A stretch of DNA of 64,000 nucleotides. Source: Candidatus Saccharimonadota bacterium. Lineage in GTDB: Bacteria; Patescibacteriota; Saccharimonadia; Saccharimonadales; UBA10212. Shown here piece after piece: positions 59,996 to 64,000 of this stretch. Position 1 is the stretch's first letter; each line of letters starts with the position of its first letter. Below the pieces are notes generated by a model, which worked only from the letters and a program-made list of their open reading frames with translations, did no database searches and had not been told where the DNA came from. Made by a program: the position numbers and the translations under genes. Location of the stretch: positions 102,931 to 166,930 of the forward strand of contig JACPKF010000001.1 of the NCBI GenBank assembly GCA_016187125.1. Reading direction: 5' to 3'.

Positions 59996-61345
59996 TTATA
60001 CAGATCCCATAACTTGGTCTATCGTGCTGCCGGGTTTGTAGAACTTCAGATCGTCGCTACTCATACTCCAGCTATCTAAAACCGGCTGCAGTATCCGCCA
60101 GCTGGCTAAAACTTCGGCACTGCTAGCAAATAAGCTATGATTGGAGCGCATAGAATCAACAATCACCATCTCGTAGGCGTCCGGCAGTCTGCCAAAGTGC
60201 TGCTCGTAGGCAAAGCTAAGCTTCAGTTTCTGCAACTTCCGTTCATAGCCCGGTTCCTTGACCCATAGATCAATCTCGATTCCTTCCCTGGGCTGGACAC
60301 GCAGGATTAACAGATTAGATGCCGAGGCGCTAGTTTTTTTAAATTGAACTCTGATTTCCGTCAGTTTTTGATCCAAATTTTTGCCAGTCACAAGATGTAT
60401 TGGCACTCCCTCCCAACGGAAGTTGGAAGATTCCAAAGTCAATGAAACAAAAGTTTCGGTAGTCGTAGCAGGATTGTTAACTTCTTTGGTATAGCCCTCA
60501 TATTGGGCCCTATAAACCCGGCCCGGAAACTTATCAGCCGGAATCGGTTGGAGAGCCTCCAGGGCCGCCAGGCGACGTCTTGGGATTTCTTCAAAATCAA
60601 ATATATCGCTACAGGGCTCCATCAGTACCAGAGCTGCCAACTGGAGCAGATGGCTTTGCATAAAATCACGTAGCGCTCCCGTGCCTTCGTAAAATCCAAT
60701 GCGGCCTTCTATGCCTATTGCCTCTGCAGCTACTATCTCAATTTCTTCTATAAATCCGCTATTCCAAACATTCCTAAAAATGGCGTTACTGCCTAAAAAG
60801 ACAGTTATGTTTTGAGCCATTTGTTTAGCCAAATAGTGGTCAATCCTATAAACCTGGTCTTCTGAGTAATGTTTATCAATTTGATCAATAAGTTCTTTGG
60901 CCGAATTCCAGTCCGTGCCGAACGGTTTTTCTAGCAGTAGCTTAGTGTGGTCGCCATTCAGTCCAGCCTTGCCCAAATGTCTGATTATAGGTAACACGGC
61001 AGCTGGCGGAACCGCGAAATAAAAGATAATCTGTGGTGGCTGCGGGAAATCCTTGCCAAGTCCGGCCAACTTTTCTTTTAGTTGCCTATAATCCTCTGCC
61101 TCGGATAAATTCATTTTGTACAGCTCAGTCTGAGTCCTAAGGCTTTGTAAGTGAGGTCCTAAAACCTCTTCCAAATTTTTGTTTTGGCGCGATACGCCTA
61201 AAATACTCAACTTCCCGGTCAGATTAGAAGCCGAACAAATTTGAGCTAGAGCTGGCAGTAAAAAACGGTGCGACAAGTCGCCGCTTATGCCAAATACCAC
61301 TAAGATGGTTGGCGACAGACTTGCTTCTTTGCTCACGATATTCAC
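59996..61345 (-). CDS. zwf: Glucose-6-phosphate 1-dehydrogenase
   Basis: VFGISGDLSHRFLLPAL (NADP site), RIDHYLAKQMAQN (G6PD signature), EKPFG. Confidence 0.92.
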   Translation of the reverse strand: MNIVSKEASLSPTILVVFGISGDLSHRFLLPALAQICSASNLTGKLSILGVSRQNKNLEEVLGPHLQSLRTQTELYKMNLSEAEDYRQLKEKLAGLGKDFPQPPQIIFYFAVPPAAVLPIIRHLGKAGLNGDHTKLLLEKPFGTDWNSAKELIDQIDKHYSEDQVYRIDHYLAKQMAQNITVFLGSNAIFRNVWNSGFIEEIEIVAAEAIGIEGRIGFYEGTGALRDFMQSHLLQLAALVLMEPCSDIFDFEEIPRRRLAALEALQPIPADKFPGRVYRAQYEGYTKEVNNPATTTETFVSLTLESSNFRWEGVPIHLVTGKNLDQKLTEIRVQFKKTSASASNLLILRVQPREGIEIDLWVKEPGYERKLQKLKLSFAYEQHFGRLPDAYEMVIVDSMRSNHSLFASSAEVLASWRILQPVLDSWSMSSDDLKFYKPGSTIDQVMGSV

Positions 61346-61533
61346 AGTATACCCGGAAGTGAGCCTTCGAGACTATTCACTTGGCAATGAAATAGCTATC
61401 CTATGAGATGATAAGATACTCGAAAATCCACTTTCGGGTATGAAGGATTGTTATGAAAAATTTGCCCAGCACTTAGGGTCGAGCGCTTTGCAAATATCCG
61501 CTAAAGAGGATAGTCTCGGACCTAAGTGCTGGG

Positions 61534-61562
61534 TTGAACTTGAGGGGTAAAACTGCTACAAT
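61534..61562 (+). promoter_or_regulatory. Putative sigma70-type promoter of the atp operon
   Basis: TTGAAC (61534-61539), 17 nt, TACAAT (61557-61562), about 80 nt upstream of atpB. Confidence 0.4.
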
Positions 61563-61644
61563 GCAGGCCAATGTGTTGTAGGGATAGTCTAGCGACTAGC
61601 GACAGATCGCCCGCCGTTCGTATGGCTATAAGTGGGAACATGCA

Positions 61645-62457
61645 ATGCTGATGAGTGTATTTGGTCTTGGCGCTGAACCGCTGGCTCCGGAAAAACTTTT
61701 TAGTATTGGCCCCCTTCCAATCACCAACTCGATGGTGCTCGGCATCATATCAGCGGTGTTTGTGCTGGGGCTTTTCGGTCTGGCTGCCCGGGCCAGCCAG
61801 CTGTGGCCCAAACGCCGCCTGGCTTTTTATATCGAGAGCATTGTCGATCTAGTTTTTGGACTAATGGCCGAGAGCTTTGGTGACCGTAAAAAAGCAGCCC
61901 GTCATTTTCCGCTGCTAATCACGCTGTTTGTTTTTATTTTGGTCGGTAACTTAAGTGGTCTGATGCCAGGAATTCAAACTATATCGCTAAGCACCGAGGC
62001 TGGGCATACCGCCCTTTTTCGGGCTTGGACTACTGACCTAAACTCCACCTTAGCCATGGCTATTTTAAGCTTGGCGACCGTTCACATTTACGCCATCAAA
62101 GAAATTGGTTTGTTCGGTTATGTCAGACACTTTTTTTCCGGGAATCTCAAAAACCCAATCAATGTATTCATCGGCCTCAATGAACTGTTTGGCGAAGTCC
62201 TGCGACTGGTAACCCTATCACTACGATTGTTCGGAGTAATTTACGGCGGCGAGGCACTACTATTCGCGATCTCGGCGCTGGCCGGTAATTTTGGCTGGGC
62301 GGCAACATTGCCCATCATGTTTTTGGAAATTTTCTTCTCGCTTGTCCAAGCCTATTTGTTTATGATGTTAACAGCCACTTATTTAGTGATGTCAACATCA
62401 CACGGTGAAGAGTCCGAGTCTGATGCTACTAAAGCAGCAACGGCAAATAGTAGATGA
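61645..62457 (+). CDS. atpB: F0F1 ATP synthase subunit a
   Basis: LFSIGPLPITNS, conserved Arg region (LRLVTLSLRLFGVIYGGE), about 5-6 TM helices. Confidence 0.9.
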   Translation: MLMSVFGLGAEPLAPEKLFSIGPLPITNSMVLGIISAVFVLGLFGLAARASQLWPKRRLAFYIESIVDLVFGLMAESFGDRKKAARHFPLLITLFVFILVGNLSGLMPGIQTISLSTEAGHTALFRAWTTDLNSTLAMAILSLATVHIYAIKEIGLFGYVRHFFSGNLKNPINVFIGLNELFGEVLRLVTLSLRLFGVIYGGEALLFAISALAGNFGWAATLPIMFLEIFFSLVQAYLFMMLTATYLVMSTSHGEESESDATKAATANSR

Positions 62458-62493
62458 GTTTATTAATAATTGTATGCTAGTAAAGGAGCAAAT

Positions 62494-62712
62494 ATGGAAA
62501 CTCAAATCGATCCATCATTAATTAAAGGTTTAACCATTGGCCTGGGTGCTATCGGGCCGGCTATCGGCGTCGGTCTGATCGGTGCGGCAGTAGTTGGTGC
62601 TGTTGGTCGCAACCCGGAAATCCAAGGTAAAATTTTGTCAACCGCTTTCATTATGATCGGTCTGGTTGATGCCGTCTTAGCCTTTGTACTACTAATTCTA
62701 TTTACAACTTAA
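62494..62712 (+). CDS. atpE: F0F1 ATP synthase subunit c
   Basis: Two-helix hairpin, GLGAIGPAIGVGLIG, polar loop RNPE, carboxylate in GLVDAV. ATG at 62494 has AAGGAG 5 nt upstream. Confidence 0.9.
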   Translation: METQIDPSLIKGLTIGLGAIGPAIGVGLIGAAVVGAVGRNPEIQGKILSTAFIMIGLVDAVLAFVLLILFTT

Positions 62713-62723
62713 GGAGTCAGTAG

Positions 62724-63260
62724 TTGCTTAATATGCCTATACAATTTGCCCAGGCCAGTGGTTCCTCTAGTGGGATCAGTGCCTTTAACATTAACCTCAA
62801 AGGTCTAATCTTTCAACTAATCACTTTTGTGATCGTGCTGCTGATATTTAAGCGCTGGGTCTTGCCGCCCTTGCTAAAAACTCTGGAAGACCGCCGCCGA
62901 ACGCTGGAGCAAAGCCTGACACATGCTAAGCAGACGCAGGAGGCCCTGGCCCGGGCCGAGGCTAAGGCCGAAGAAATCATTACCCGGGCCCGGACTCAAG
63001 CCGATGAAGCACTAACCGAAGCCAAAAAAGTAGCTGCCAGTGTTATTGTTGATGCCGAGTCAACAGCCGCCCAGCGAGCTAGTTTAATCATCAAGGAGGC
63101 TGAAGCTCACCTGAAGCAAGAACACGCCAAATTGCATGAGGAGCTGCGTGGTGAATTGGCCGATTTGGTGGCCGATGCGACCGAAAAAATTATCCACGAA
63201 AAACTTAACCCTCAGCGCGACCGGTCTTTAATTGAGCGGGCTCTTAGGAGGTTAGTGTGA
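62724..63260 (+). CDS. atpF: F0F1 ATP synthase subunit b
   Basis: N-terminal TM helix followed by a long charged helix. TTG start 7 nt after AAGGAG. Confidence 0.85.
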   Translation: MLNMPIQFAQASGSSSGISAFNINLKGLIFQLITFVIVLLIFKRWVLPPLLKTLEDRRRTLEQSLTHAKQTQEALARAEAKAEEIITRARTQADEALTEAKKVAASVIVDAESTAAQRASLIIKEAEAHLKQEHAKLHEELRGELADLVADATEKIIHEKLNPQRDRSLIERALRRLV

Positions 63261-63649
63261 ATAAGATTTCTAGGCGAGCCTTGGCCCGTTACGCGGCTAA
63301 TGAATTACTAGCTGGTAAACCAGCCCAAACTGTTGCTAAACATTTAGCTGCGGCTATGGTTGAAGCTGGCAAGACTGACTCTGTCGAATTTTTGCTAGGT
63401 GATATTGCTGCCGAGCTGGAAGCCCGCCGGGAATTGAGCGTGGCGCTAGTCACCAGCGCTTCTGAACTAAGCCCCCAGCTGCGGGTAGCTCTTAAAAATC
63501 AAATCAAATCAGCCACACGCTCGCGATCCGTACTACTGCAGGAGCGAATTGATCAATCGGTACTAGGCGGTATCAGAGTTGAAACCCCGTCCCACGTTTG
63601 GGATCACACTGTAGACCGAAAACTAACAGATTTAAAGGAGACCTTCTAG
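63257..63649 (+). CDS. atpH: F0F1 ATP synthase subunit delta (short, 130 aa)
   Basis: Position in the operon and OSCP-like C-terminus (IDQSVLGGIRVE). GTGA overlap with atpF. Confidence 0.75.
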   Translation: MNKISRRALARYAANELLAGKPAQTVAKHLAAAMVEAGKTDSVEFLLGDIAAELEARRELSVALVTSASELSPQLRVALKNQIKSATRSRSVLLQERIDQSVLGGIRVETPSHVWDHTVDRKLTDLKETF

Positions 63650-63817
63650 AATGACTACTTCATTCCCCTTCGCCGTTGACTATTCACCATTCACAGCACA
63701 TGAGCTGTTCACCATTCACCATTCACCATTCACATTTAATCCATGGTTAATGGCTAATGGAAAATGTACGGTAAATGGTAAATGGCTAATGGAAAATGGC
63801 TCCGGAGGAGCAATCTA
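63650..63817. repeat. Heptamer-periodic imperfect hairpin spacer between atpH and atpA
   Basis: ttcaccattcaccattcaccattcaca faces atggttaatggctaatggaaaatg...ggtaaatggtaaatggctaatggaaaatgg. Shares aatggaaaatgg and ggtaaatggtaaatgg with the gat spacer. Confidence 0.7.
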
Positions 63818-64000
63818 ATGGCGCAACTAGAGAATGAAGTCAAATCACTGGCCGAAGAAGTCAAAAACGCCATTTCGCAGTTAAAGGAATCGCGGCAGGA
63901 GCGATCGGCCGGCGTGGTCACCCGTATCGGTGACGGCATAGCTTGGATCTACGGCCTACGCGATTGCGGTTACACAGAAATGGTTGAGATCGAAGGCAGT
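63818..64000 (+). CDS. atpA: F0F1 ATP synthase subunit alpha, 3' end outside window
   Basis: ATG at 63818, 8 nt after GGAGGAG. MAQLENEVKSLAEEVKNAISQLKESRQERSAGVVTRIGDGIAWIYGLRDCGYTEMVEIEGS matches the alpha N-terminal barrel (G.V..IGDGIA...GL). Open to the window end, so absent from the ORF track. Confidence 0.85.
   Translation, partial: MAQLENEVKSLAEEVKNAISQLKESRQERSAGVVTRIGDGIAWIYGLRDCGYTEMVEIEGS

Noticed and set aside
1-64000. Alternative genetic code (UGA reassignment as in some CPR lineages), plus a scan for tRNA, rRNA, tmRNA, RNase P and SRP RNA.
   Set aside because: Long ORFs are intact under code 11, and TGA ends well-aligned genes (rnhB, rpiB, atpF). I found none of the conserved stable-RNA cores (GTTCGAATC-type T-loops in a cloverleaf context, GAGGAAAGTCC, SRP GGAA tetraloop context). 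By-eye scanning can miss tRNAs, so tRNAscan-SE and cmscan should still be run.

Overview
This 64-kb window is gene-dense and mostly on the minus strand. It looks like a small, streamlined bacterial genome under standard code 11 (TGA is used as a stop). The gene content fits a CPR/Patescibacteria organism such as Saccharibacteria: split transketolase, a scattered PilB and pilin, many proteins with extra tails or inserts, and a compact sugar-phosphate core. That lineage call is inference only. All calls come from motif reading of the supplied translations and the DNA; no database search was run.

Gene content: PBP1A (5' end outside the window), radA, clpC, nusA, pepN, yraN, rnhB, rplS, pilB, a SpoU methyltransferase, a CAP-domain protein, dnaE, ytxH/DUF948, gatC-gatA-X-gatB, uvrB, a pilin-like protein and an ArsR regulator. 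A carbon/nucleotide block follows: LOG-like, unknown, PfkB kinase, fba, split tkt, PaaX-like regulator, rpe, rpiB, gap, Nudix, ppa. After that come GDPD, trxB, a Grx-like protein, FKBP, pheS/4-helix-bundle/pheT, a GH63 hydrolase, rmuC, zupT/zur, an MFS transporter, ndh, metK, rarA, an ABC-2 pair, zwf and atpBEFH(A). I recognised no rRNA, tRNA, CRISPR array, transposase, integrase or prophage.

The unusual signal is in the short non-coding DNA.
1. A palindromic MITE-like family has four copies with TCCCGTTAGA...TCTAACGGGA termini, next to TGAA (duplicated at three of the four copies). One copy splits a former ATGA stop/start overlap and rebuilds both codons. Two others supply the A of downstream start codons. 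One is inserted in frame (24 codons) beside a conserved motif of the GH63 gene, similar in behaviour to Rickettsia palindromic elements.
2. A modular intergenic element has conserved linkers (TATAAGACA / ATCGCGCCGG / TCGGGCTGC) and hairpins whose stems covary between copies.
3. AT-rich hairpin spacers with 7-nt periodicity sit between cistrons of essential operons (gat, tkt, ABC, atp). One also forms the expanded P3 of a SAM-I riboswitch upstream of metK.

Other candidates: a CIRCE-like operator on clpC, a 6S-like 185-nt hairpin, a membrane-anchored protein with an RNxxxH (HEPN-type) motif inside the gatCAB operon, an Avd-like four-helix-bundle gene inside pheST, regulators bracketed by identical palindromes, and a pfkB-unknown-LOG operon that could feed nucleotide ribose into the pentose-phosphate genes.
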